Origin: Poseidonia sp. | GTDB taxonomy: Archaea > Thermoplasmatota > Poseidoniia > Poseidoniales > Poseidoniaceae | Direction: 5' to 3' | DNA length: 64,000 bases | NCBI GenBank assembly: GCA_965661285.1 | Contig: CBFIDD010000001.1 | Span: forward strand, 192,001-256,000 | Part shown: in pieces, positions 37,538-47,000 of the stretch | How the letters are laid out: each line of letters starts with the position of its first letter | Position numbering within the stretch: the stretch's first letter is position 1 | Made by a program: the position numbers and the translations under genes | Notes under the pieces: model-generated | What the model was told of the DNA's origin: nothing | Seen by the model: the letters and a program-made list of their open reading frames with translations, nothing else | Databases searched by the model: none

Positions 37538-38611
37538 ATGGAACGCCTCAAGGTCGCTGTCCTCGGTGCTGGCGGCCTTGTGGCTCAACGCCTGCAGCAG
37601 CGCCTCGCAAACCACCCGTGGTTTGAACTGGCGGCGGTGGCCGGCTCGCCACGGTTCTGCAACCTCGCCCTAAACGAGGTCCCGTGGGTGCTCGATGAGC
37701 CACGACCCCCACTTCCCGACCTGAAGGTGCTCGATGTCGCTCACCCCAGCACCGTCTCGCAACTCGCCGACGAAGGCATCGCCGTGGCGTTCTCTTCGCT
37801 TCCCCGTGAACAAGCGACCACCCTTGAGCCACTTTGGGCCAACGGCGGCGTGGCGGTGTTTTCCAACGCCAGTGCGTTTCGGGGCAAAGAAGGCGTGCCG
37901 CTGGTGATTCCCGAAGTGAATCCAGCAGCGCTGGAGGCAGCCGAAGGACGCCTGGCTCATGTGTGCGCCACCAATTGCACGCTGCTCCCGCTCATTCTCC
38001 CGTTGGCGGCGCTTCACGACGCCTACGGACTGCAACACTACACCATGCGCAGCGAACAAGGGTTGTCTGGAGGAGGGTTCGACCACCTGCAGTCGGCGCT
38101 CAACGCCGGGCGGGTGTCGCCGGACATTCCTGGTGAGGCGGCAAAAACCGAAGCCGAATTCAGACACATTTTGGGATGGAAAGGCGAGGCTTCGTTGACG
38201 TGTCAGCGCGTGATGCGGGCCGATGGCCATCACGTCTTCGTGGACGCCGCCTTTGACCGCCCCGTCGACGTGCACGCCGTTGCAGAAACGCTCAGAACAT
38301 GGTCGCAGCAACACGCCATGAACGACCTTCCCAGTGCACCTGCCCAACCCCTCATGCTGGTGGAAACCATCGACCCGATGGGCCATCTGTTCGCTGACGG
38401 TAACGGATTTCCGACCGACGTCAATCCAGCCGATGACCTCGGTGCTGGCATGGCTGTCGTGGTCGGTGCGCTCTCCTGCCCAACCTCGACCTCCGTGCGG
38501 TTTGAGGCCTTCAGTCACAACACGATTCGAGGGGCGGCTGGTGGTGTCATCTATCTGGCAGAATTGGCGTACTGGAAGGGATTGCTTCCAAGCAAAACGG
38601 TCAACCCGTAG
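37538..38611 (+). CDS. asd: Aspartate-semialdehyde dehydrogenase
   Basis: VAVLGAGGLVAQ, SNASAFR, VPLVIPEVN, TNC catalytic Cys, HNTIRGAAG. Confidence 0.88.
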   Translation: MERLKVAVLGAGGLVAQRLQQRLANHPWFELAAVAGSPRFCNLALNEVPWVLDEPRPPLPDLKVLDVAHPSTVSQLADEGIAVAFSSLPREQATTLEPLWANGGVAVFSNASAFRGKEGVPLVIPEVNPAALEAAEGRLAHVCATNCTLLPLILPLAALHDAYGLQHYTMRSEQGLSGGGFDHLQSALNAGRVSPDIPGEAAKTEAEFRHILGWKGEASLTCQRVMRADGHHVFVDAAFDRPVDVHAVAETLRTWSQQHAMNDLPSAPAQPLMLVETIDPMGHLFADGNGFPTDVNPADDLGAGMAVVVGALSCPTSTSVRFEAFSHNTIRGAAGGVIYLAELAYWKGLLPSKTVNP

Positions 38612-38651
38612 GGTAAAAGGTCGGGACCGCCTCCTCCCCATCGGTGCTGAG

Positions 38652-39734
38652 ATGGGAATAACCGCCATGATTCCGGACATGACCATCGGTCAACTCACCA
38701 CAGAAGCCACCGCACGCTGGGGAGAGATATGGGACGCCCGCGCCACCCGAATGACCATTCTGCTGCTTTGCCCGCGCAAAGAGCGCAAAATGATGGAACT
38801 GCACGGCGACATGATCGAACACGGCCAACCGGTCATGGCGGTCTTCCACCGACCACGCGCTGAGGCGGACCTCCTGAAAGAGCAGGGCTTTGACACCCGA
38901 GCGGCATCGTTCCAATTCGTGAACCTCGCCACGGCCGATCTCGGCCCGTGGATGCAACAACTCGTCAATAACGAGGGATGGTTGAGAAGTTCCATCGCCC
39001 TCACCTCGACACCGTTCTCTGTTGGCTTGCCCTCGCAACGCCCGTTTGAGGCCGTTCAAACCCTGTGTTTCCGTCACCCGTCGCTGCCCGCTTTGGAACG
39101 CTACTACCTGCCCTATCCCGTTGAATCGCTTCCCGGAAAATGCTTCGTGAGCCTCCCTCGAAGGGGCGCCGCAGAGATGGCTCGCCAGCAGGCAGAAGTG
39201 TTGGGTGTTGGCCGACTTGAGAAACCAAAACCCGAACCCGTACCGGAACCCACACCAGCACCGGAACCTCAACCCGCACCGGTTGCAGAAGCACCGGCCG
39301 AACCAGCCCCGCAGCCCGCACCAGAAGAAACCGTGGAAGCGCCTGCCGAGGCCTCCGAGCCAGAACAAGCCGCCGTCCCACTGCCTCCTGCCACTACGAA
39401 ACCCACGGATGAGTCACCGGCCGAGGAGGTGGCCGTGCCGTTGCCCCCAGCCGCCGACGACGCAGCGGAACAGCAGAAGAACGCGGCCGAACCCTCCGAG
39501 GAGACCACCACGGAGCAGGCGAATTTGGAACTGCCCGAGGTTGAGGACGAAGAGAAACCCGAGATTTCGGAGATCGAAACCGAACTGCGGGCTTTCTTCC
39601 AGGAACTCATTGAAGCTGGCGTTGAACCTTCGGCCTTCATGGACGATCCCCGCTGGGAAGACATCAGTGAACGGGCGATTGCAGAGGGCTTGGAAACGTG
39701 GCCCATTCTTTTGCAAATGACCGCCATGAACTGA
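38652..39734 (+). CDS. Hypothetical protein: globular N-terminal domain, Pro/Glu/Ala linker, helical C-terminal domain
   Basis: Long ORF with host-like codon usage; start trimmed to ATG 38652, after the asd stop. Confidence 0.7.
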   Translation: MGITAMIPDMTIGQLTTEATARWGEIWDARATRMTILLLCPRKERKMMELHGDMIEHGQPVMAVFHRPRAEADLLKEQGFDTRAASFQFVNLATADLGPWMQQLVNNEGWLRSSIALTSTPFSVGLPSQRPFEAVQTLCFRHPSLPALERYYLPYPVESLPGKCFVSLPRRGAAEMARQQAEVLGVGRLEKPKPEPVPEPTPAPEPQPAPVAEAPAEPAPQPAPEETVEAPAEASEPEQAAVPLPPATTKPTDESPAEEVAVPLPPAADDAAEQQKNAAEPSEETTTEQANLELPEVEDEEKPEISEIETELRAFFQELIEAGVEPSAFMDDPRWEDISERAIAEGLETWPILLQMTAMN

Positions 39735-39780
39735 GAAGGTCTAAATCCAACGACGAACCGACACAAACCGAGGGCGTGCC

Positions 39781-39975
39781 ATGGGATTCTGCATCAACTG
39801 CGGCCAACAACATCCTGACGGCACCCGCTTTTGCCGTTTCTGCGGCAACCAGCAACCCGGCGAGCAACTGCTTCAGCGTCTGCGCATTGAGGCGCAACAA
39901 ATCCACAGCATGCGTTTGCAAATGCAGTCCCAACAACCCCAACAGGGCAACCCCTACCAACAACGTCGCTGGTGA
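39781..39975 (+). CDS. Small zinc-ribbon protein with Gln-rich tail
   Basis: FCINCG...FCRFCG motif. Confidence 0.8.
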   Translation: MGFCINCGQQHPDGTRFCRFCGNQQPGEQLLQRLRIEAQQIHSMRLQMQSQQPQQGNPYQQRRW

Positions 39976-40634
39976 GGCGAATGCGCCCAAAGCACCTGGC
40001 GATGACGCTGTCCAAACTGAAACCCCACCCGTGCTCCGAGGTCGGTCTTGAGCAATACGCCACGGAGGGCGACCTCGCCGCCTATTGGATGCTCGCCGTC
40101 GACCAACTCGACGGTTTGGAAGGGCGCCATGTGGTTGACCTCGGCGCAGGCAACGGCATTCTGGGCATCGCTGCGCTCATGTTGGGGGCACAAAGCGTGG
40201 TGTTTGTTGAGGCCCACGAGGCGACCGCTGCCGTCCTCCAGCAGAACATCGACGAACTGGATGATGAACTGAAGGGACGCGCTCAAATCATCACCGCCCA
40301 CATTGGAGCCGATGAGGTCGACCTCGGCCACGCCGAACTGATCGTCATGAATCCGCCCTGGGGCGTTCAGCGAGCCAAGGCCGACCGCCCTTTTTTGGAA
40401 CTCGGGTTCGCATCGAGCGCCACCGCTGTTCACGTGCTCCACAGCGACCATGCTGCCCATCTCGAAGCCATGGCAAACGAAGCCGGGTGGGAAGGCGAGG
40501 TGGTGCTTCGCACGACGTTTCGACTCCCACCAACCTACGCGCACCACGGCCAGCGGAAAGGCGCAACCGACGTCAAATGCTGGCGGTTTCATCGCCCAGG
40601 CGACGCCCGATTGCCCCCTGAAAGCGATGATTGA
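39972..40634 (+). CDS. METTL5-family (putative rRNA m6A) methyltransferase
   Basis: LEQYAT, VDLGAGNGILG, MNPPWG, ADRPFL; lies directly upstream of csl4, the usual archaeal neighbourhood. Confidence 0.87.
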   Translation: MRRMRPKHLAMTLSKLKPHPCSEVGLEQYATEGDLAAYWMLAVDQLDGLEGRHVVDLGAGNGILGIAALMLGAQSVVFVEAHEATAAVLQQNIDELDDELKGRAQIITAHIGADEVDLGHAELIVMNPPWGVQRAKADRPFLELGFASSATAVHVLHSDHAAHLEAMANEAGWEGEVVLRTTFRLPPTYAHHGQRKGATDVKCWRFHRPGDARLPPESDD

Positions 40635-40723
40635 CCCATATGGGGGGTTCAAAAGGAAGAAACCCTCGCCTCAATTCAGCGAACGGTGTGCGACCCATCT
40701 CGGGCCATGCCTGCGAAAAAGGA

Positions 40724-42187
40724 ATGAGCATCATGACGGCGAGCCTCGTCACCCCCGGAAGCATCATCGCCAAAGAGGGCGACCACGAACACGGCGAAGG
40801 AACCGCCCTCGCTGACGGCAACATCGTCTCCACCGTAATCGGTTATGTCCACGTCGACAACGGCTCCATTTCCGTCTCCGCCTCAAAGCCCATCGTGGAA
40901 CCCGTCGTGGGCGACACCGTGCTTTGCGAAGTGGTGAAGCTCAACGAAAAGCACGGTGAAGCGATGATCCTCGCCGTTGAAGGCAAGCCCGGCTCCATTC
41001 AGCCTCAGCACCTCTACGGCCAGTTCTTCGTGACCGGTCTGGTTGACCGTTTCATGCACCAAACCTCGGACGCCATGCGCCGACGGGATGTTTGCCGTGC
41101 CGTGGTGAAAGAGGTTGAACCGGTCGTCCGCCTCGACTTCCGAGAGCGGGACGACTGCGGTGTGCTCCACGCCATCTGCCCGCCTTGTGGCGACACCCTG
41201 CAAGCCGAACTCGACGGCGATTGGAACGTCATGTGCCCCACCTGTGGCTACCAAGGCTACCGAGCCCTGGCCGACAACTTTGGTGCAGGTTGGGCGGAAC
41301 TCGACCAAGGGGCGAGTGCGCTGAACAACGCCGGCAAGCGCTGGGGCGCTGCTGCCGAAGCCATGTTCGCCAAAGGTCCAGCCGGCCGAGCCACCTTCAT
41401 CGCAGCCGATGTTCGTGAAGACGGACGAGAGCGCACCTACTTCCGCTTCGAAGGCCAAGACGGCGGACGCGGCGGTGGTCGCGGCGGGCGTCAGCGAGCC
41501 GCACCCGGCACCCGACTCTTTGTTGGCGGCCTGCCTCGAGATGTTGGCACCGATGAGCTCAGTGAACTCTTCAAGTCCCACGGGGACATGACCGATTGCG
41601 TCGTGTTGACCGATGATGCCGGCGTCAACCGAGGCTTTGGCTTCGTCACCTACGCCGAGAAATCCATGGCCGAAGCCGCCATCAAGGCCCTTGATGGCCA
41701 CCGCATCAATGGACGCCGCATCGGTGTTCGCGATGCTGATGACGACAAGAAGAAAGGCGGGAGAACGGAACGAAAGGAGCCAGAAGGTCTCAAGCTTTAC
41801 ATCGGAAACTTGCCGTTCTCCGCAACGCAAGACCAACTCAAGGCGATGGTCGCCGCTCACGCCACGGTGAACGAAGTTATTCTCGCCACCGGCCCCGGTG
41901 GGAAGGCCAAGGGCTTTGGCTTCGTCTTCATCGCAGAGAAGGACAAGGGCGAAGATGTCGTCAAGGCGCTCAACAACAGTGAAGTTGAGGGCCGCAAGAT
42001 CAAGGTCGACATCGCCAAATCCAAGGGCGGCAAAGGTGGAAACCGACGCGGTGGCCGTGATGGCAACCGACGCAGCGGCCGTGATGGCGATGGTGGAGGA
42101 AAATCCTCTCGCGAACTCCAAGCGCTCCGAGAAGAAGGCGAAGGCGGGAAGAAGCGCAAGCGACGCCCTCGCCCGAAGAAGGATTGA
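40724..42187 (+). CDS. csl4: Exosome RNA-binding subunit Csl4 fused to two RRM domains
   Basis: VTPG...GEGT N-terminal domain, S1 domain, GVLHAICPPCG...CPTCG Zn ribbon; RNP2/RNP1 pairs LFVGGL/RGFGFVTY and LYIGNL/KGFGFVFI. Confidence 0.85.
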   Translation: MSIMTASLVTPGSIIAKEGDHEHGEGTALADGNIVSTVIGYVHVDNGSISVSASKPIVEPVVGDTVLCEVVKLNEKHGEAMILAVEGKPGSIQPQHLYGQFFVTGLVDRFMHQTSDAMRRRDVCRAVVKEVEPVVRLDFRERDDCGVLHAICPPCGDTLQAELDGDWNVMCPTCGYQGYRALADNFGAGWAELDQGASALNNAGKRWGAAAEAMFAKGPAGRATFIAADVREDGRERTYFRFEGQDGGRGGGRGGRQRAAPGTRLFVGGLPRDVGTDELSELFKSHGDMTDCVVLTDDAGVNRGFGFVTYAEKSMAEAAIKALDGHRINGRRIGVRDADDDKKKGGRTERKEPEGLKLYIGNLPFSATQDQLKAMVAAHATVNEVILATGPGGKAKGFGFVFIAEKDKGEDVVKALNNSEVEGRKIKVDIAKSKGGKGGNRRGGRDGNRRSGRDGDGGGKSSRELQALREEGEGGKKRKRRPRPKKD

Positions 42188-42212
42188 AGGCGGCACCCCC
42201 GCCCCTTGAGCC

Positions 42213-43976
42213 ATGGTTGAATCGTCCGAGCCACGCTGGTTGGTCTTGGACGGCTACGAAGACGAACCCGCTGCCTTCGGTGTTCCCCCCTACGTTGGCT
42301 TCCATGTCCGCTATGTTTGTGGGGTGCTGGAATCCGCCGGCCTTGACTACGAATACCTGACCGTGGACCGTTATCGCCAAGCCCTGAAGTCCGACCCCGA
42401 GTCGATCGCCAAGCGCCTGAAGGATTGCCTCGGCGTGGTGTGCCTTGCCGGTGCGGTGGTCCCTGGAAAATACCTGCGGGGCACCCCCATTTCACTCAAA
42501 GAAACGCAGACGCTGATACGAAGTCTACCCCATGGCACGCCGGCCCTGTTTGGCGGATGGGCCATTCGTGGCTGGAAGCAGCAGGGCTGGACACCGCTTC
42601 GACCCAACCTTTTCCTCGCCGTTCAGGACACGGATGCCACTCTTGCACACTTCCTCGAAAAGGGGGAGTGGAAACACCAGCGCAGGACGGCCGAGCAATG
42701 GACGGCGTGGGCCCAAGCCGGTGCTGCAAGCAAAGCAGTGAGCGACCATCCCGACCTCGGAAGCGAATCGCAGGCCGGTCCGCTGACCTACGAAGTGGAG
42801 GTCTACCAGGGCTGTGTTCGCTACAAGCGAGGGTGCAAATTCTGCATTGAGCCGAAAAAAGGCGTCCCGATTTGGCGGACGCCAGAGGACATCATCCAGG
42901 AGGTTCGCATCGCCCACAACGCCGGCGTGCACCATGTCCGCCTCGGCGGCATGACCGACACCTACACATACATGGCCGATGGCGTGCGCGAGTTGGAATA
43001 CCCCGTGCCAAATCCTGAACCGATTGCGAAGTTGCTTCACGGGCTTCGTGAGGACGAGCGGCTCGGTATCCTCCACACCGATAACGGCAACCCGTCCATC
43101 ATCGCAGAGAACATGGAGCCATCTGAGGAAATCACGAAGACGCTCGTTGAAACGTTGTCCGACGGCGCCGTCCTCTCCTTCGGTTTGGAATCAGCCGACC
43201 CGAGCGTTCACGAGGCCAACTGGCTCAACTGCGACCCCACCCAACTCAAGACGGCGATTCGCCTCATCAACAAATACGGTAGCGTGCGTGGCGAGCGAGG
43301 CCTGCCCAAACTGCTGCCCGGACTCAACTTCATCGCCGGCCTGTACGGCGAAACCGAAGCGACCTACGGCATGAACATGGACTTGCTTCGAGACATCCGC
43401 AGCGAAGGCTTGCTGCTTCGCCGCATCAACATCCGCCAAGTAGAGGGCGAAGGCTTCCAAGAGGTCCCGTCAAACGCCTTTGCTTCGTTCAAGACCGCTT
43501 GCAGGGACGAGATCGACAAGCCGCTTCTCGAAGAATTGTTCCCGCTGGGCCAGGTGATTCATGACGTCCACTGGGAGTCCCACGACGGGCGAACCCGCTT
43601 GCCGGTTCATGAAACGGACCTCCATCGCGCCCCGGAGGTTCACGGGAAGGCCGGCATCACCTTTGGACGGCAAATCGGGGCCTACCCCATTCTGGTGGGC
43701 GTGGAATACAAGATTCCGCTCGAGACCCAGTCCAGCGTGATGATCACCGGCCATGGCGCCCGTTCCATCACCGGCGTGGAGGTGGGGCTGAGCATGGACA
43801 CCATCACCCAAAAACAACTTGAGGCCATTCCCGGAATCGGGAAAAAAACGGCATGGAATCTGATCAGTTCTCGGGCAAAGGCGAAATCGAAAGGACGAAA
43901 TCTGTCGCTGGAGGCATGGCTGGGAGGGGAATGTTCCGCCCATAACGAGGAATGGATACGGCGGATTATCAGTTGA
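42213..43976 (+). CDS. Radical SAM protein with C-terminal HhH (archaeal family)
   Basis: LDGYEDEPAAFGVPPY, GCVRYKRGCKFC, FGLESAD, RRINIRQV, RQIGAYP, IPGIGKK. Confidence 0.85.
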   Translation: MVESSEPRWLVLDGYEDEPAAFGVPPYVGFHVRYVCGVLESAGLDYEYLTVDRYRQALKSDPESIAKRLKDCLGVVCLAGAVVPGKYLRGTPISLKETQTLIRSLPHGTPALFGGWAIRGWKQQGWTPLRPNLFLAVQDTDATLAHFLEKGEWKHQRRTAEQWTAWAQAGAASKAVSDHPDLGSESQAGPLTYEVEVYQGCVRYKRGCKFCIEPKKGVPIWRTPEDIIQEVRIAHNAGVHHVRLGGMTDTYTYMADGVRELEYPVPNPEPIAKLLHGLREDERLGILHTDNGNPSIIAENMEPSEEITKTLVETLSDGAVLSFGLESADPSVHEANWLNCDPTQLKTAIRLINKYGSVRGERGLPKLLPGLNFIAGLYGETEATYGMNMDLLRDIRSEGLLLRRINIRQVEGEGFQEVPSNAFASFKTACRDEIDKPLLEELFPLGQVIHDVHWESHDGRTRLPVHETDLHRAPEVHGKAGITFGRQIGAYPILVGVEYKIPLETQSSVMITGHGARSITGVEVGLSMDTITQKQLEAIPGIGKKTAWNLISSRAKAKSKGRNLSLEAWLGGECSAHNEEWIRRIIS

Positions 43977-43977
43977 G

Positions 43978-43987
43978 TTTAAAAAAA
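43978..43987 (+). promoter_or_regulatory. TATA box of the large surface glycoprotein gene
   Basis: TTTAAAAAAA starting 30 nt before ATG 44008 in a GC-rich background. Confidence 0.65.
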
Positions 43988-44007
43988 CAACATTCTCCCC
44001 CTCAAAC

Positions 44008-47000
44008 ATGAGAACCAGAGTTTTTGCCTTGGTGGCCTTGTTGTTGCTCACGTCACTGTCAGCCGTTCTTGACCAGCGTTCACCGTTCGTCCTTGACCAA
44101 GATAAGGTGTCAATGGAGTCCGGAAACAACAGCACGGGATGTGGGTACAACACCACCTACTTTTCGGTCTATGGCTCCTATGCCCCCTTCCCAGTCTACG
44201 ATGGTGATACCCTCAACACAACCGTTTCAACCAGCTGCAACATGCTGAACCAAACCATGACGGCCTCCTACGGTCTCTCGAACTCGACCACCTACCTTGC
44301 CAGTGGTAACTGGAGTTGGACAGCGACGACTCTCAGTGATAACCTCTCGTTTGAGGTGGCCAACATCCCTGCGGGGACCTATGTTCTCACGGTAGACGTT
44401 TACTACGGTTCGAATTATACCTCCCTGACGAGTTACAACACCACCATCACCGTGTTGACAAGTAACAACAGCGGGGGGGGCACCGGTTGTGGGTATGATG
44501 TGAACAACACCATGCTGATGGCGTACGCTGGGATGTACATGTACGACAACGACCCGTTCACCTCCTGGATCAGCACCTCTTGCGATCTCATCGGCACCCC
44601 GATGCTTATCACGGTGAACATCACGAACACATCGGGCACCATGGCCTCGACCAACTTCACCTACAATGGTTCAACCACCGGCTTCAGCGGCAACTTCAAC
44701 CTGTCCGCTGGCACCTTGAGTGCGGGTAACTACTCCTTCGCAGCCTCGCTATACTATTACCACAACACATCTGGATGGACTCATGTTGAAACGGACAGCA
44801 CCACCATCACGGTGTTGGCGTACACCTCTACCTCCTGCGGATTCCAAGCCTCCTCGGCCAGCGTCTTCGCCTACTCCACTTACGGCGGCTACGATGTCGG
44901 TGAAGACTTCGAAGGTGTCATCGCAACCTACTGTGCCATCTACAACGCCACCATGATGCTCGACTGGACGCTTCATGACGATGATAACAACCAGTCCGTT
45001 GACTCAGGCACCTACAATTGGACAGCACAGCAAACTCAGGAAGTGCACTATGTCAACTCAACTGCGCTCTCGACTGCTACAGTTGGCAACTATTCCTTCC
45101 ACGTTGAGTATTCCTGGTATAACAACTCCTCGATGAGCGTTGAGGTATTGGACACAGACAGCGACAGCTTCTGGGTCTACAACTACACCAGCGGTGGCGG
45201 CAACCAATCCAGCGGTTGTGGCAGCGACCCCGTGCATGCAACAGTCTATGCGTACTCCGACTTCTACGCCTACGACCTCGGCGAGGATTTCGACGGAACC
45301 ATCTCCACGTACTGTGCCATGACCAACGAAAGCATGATGCTTGATTGGGTGCTTTACGACGATGACAACAACCAATCCATCGATTCGGGTTCCTTTAACT
45401 GGACGGCCCAGCTAACCAGTGAGCAGCACAATGTTACGTCCACTTCGCTTGCCACGGCTGCAGAAGGAAACTACTCCTTCACCGTTGAATTTTCCTGGTA
45501 CAACACCTCGTCAATGGCCTGGGAGGTGCTCGATAGCGACACTGACGGCTTCTTTGTGATGAACATGAGCAGCGGTGGCGGCAACCACAGCAGCGGTCCT
45601 TCCTGCTCCGTTTACGCATGGTCCGACTATTACTGGTTCTCCGTTGGAGACAATTTTACCGGTGAAGTGGACTCGTATTGTTCCTTGACCAACGAGACGC
45701 TGATGATCGAGTGGGCCATCCTCAACACCGTCACCAACATGACGGTGGATGCAGGAAACATAAGCTGGACCACCACCATGTTCTCCGAGACGCAAAACGT
45801 CTCCTCCACGGCTCTCGCCAACCAAAACGCTGGCAACTACTCCTTCGCAGTCATGCTCTCGTGGTACAACACCTCGTCAATGGCATGGGAACTTCTTGAC
45901 AGCGACAGTGATCCGTTCTCCATCTACAGCGGGAGCACCGGCGGTGGCGGCAACCACAGCACAGGATGTGGAAGCGACCTTGCCTACACCATGGTGATGG
46001 CCTACGCGTCCTCCTCCTACAACGTCGGCGACACCCTCTATGGCGCCATCGACACCTACTGCCCGGTCAGCGGTGAAGCCTTCATGGTGGACTGGTCGGT
46101 TTATTCGTGGGACGCCGGTTACAACCTGACCCAAAGTACCTTTTTGTGGACGGCCAACAACAGCACCCACTACCACAATGTCGAAGTCACCAACCTGTCA
46201 GAAGGCAACTGGTCCCTCATTGCAACCCTGTACCACTACAACACCTCGAGCATGAGCTATGACGGAATTGACCAATCCATGGCAAACTTCTCGGTGTTCA
46301 ACACAACGCAACCCTCCATCGACGGGGTTGTGGCGGCTAGCATGACAGAATCGAATTACGCCAGCGGCGACACCGTTTCGTGGTTCATCGAAAGTTCCGA
46401 ACTTGTCATGGGCGAGGACTACCACCTCGAGTGGGCCGTCGTTGAAATCATGAGCAACACCACCGTTGCTACTGGCAACGCTTCGTGGACTGCCTACAAC
46501 AACATGAGTGGCGAACAAGGCAACCTTTCCGGTCTTTCCGATGGCATGTACTGCCTCGATGCTTCCCTGTACCAGCAGGTGGACACATACGCCTACTGGG
46601 TGGACTACGACTACGCTTGCTTCAACGTGGGCAGCAGCACCTCCGGTAATCACAGCGACGCCTTCATGAACATCGACTTCGACTACCAGATCACTCAAAT
46701 TGATGACGACACCATCGGTCTCACTTACACCGTCAACAACTCAGGTGACTGGGCGGGCAACTTCTACTACCAAGCCTATCTGAACCCTGGCGATATCATC
46801 GTTGACCACGTTTATGGCAACGTGAGCATCAATGGCATGGGCGTCCACACCGACAGCGTGACCTACGACATCGACGAACTTACGGACGGTGCAGAGGTTT
46901 GCATTGAAATGGCCTTTGTGAACATCAACGGCACCACGGAAGCAGAAGGCAACGAGTGCCTCACCATCGACATCGATAATGGCTCCAATACAGGCAATGA

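Noticed and set aside
42150-42183. KKRKRRPRPKK as a nuclear localisation signal implying eukaryotic contamination
   Set aside because: The context is intron-free, operonic and archaeal; more simply a basic RNA-binding tail.
40883-42214. 443-aa minus-strand ORF
   Set aside because: Antisense shadow of csl4-RRM.
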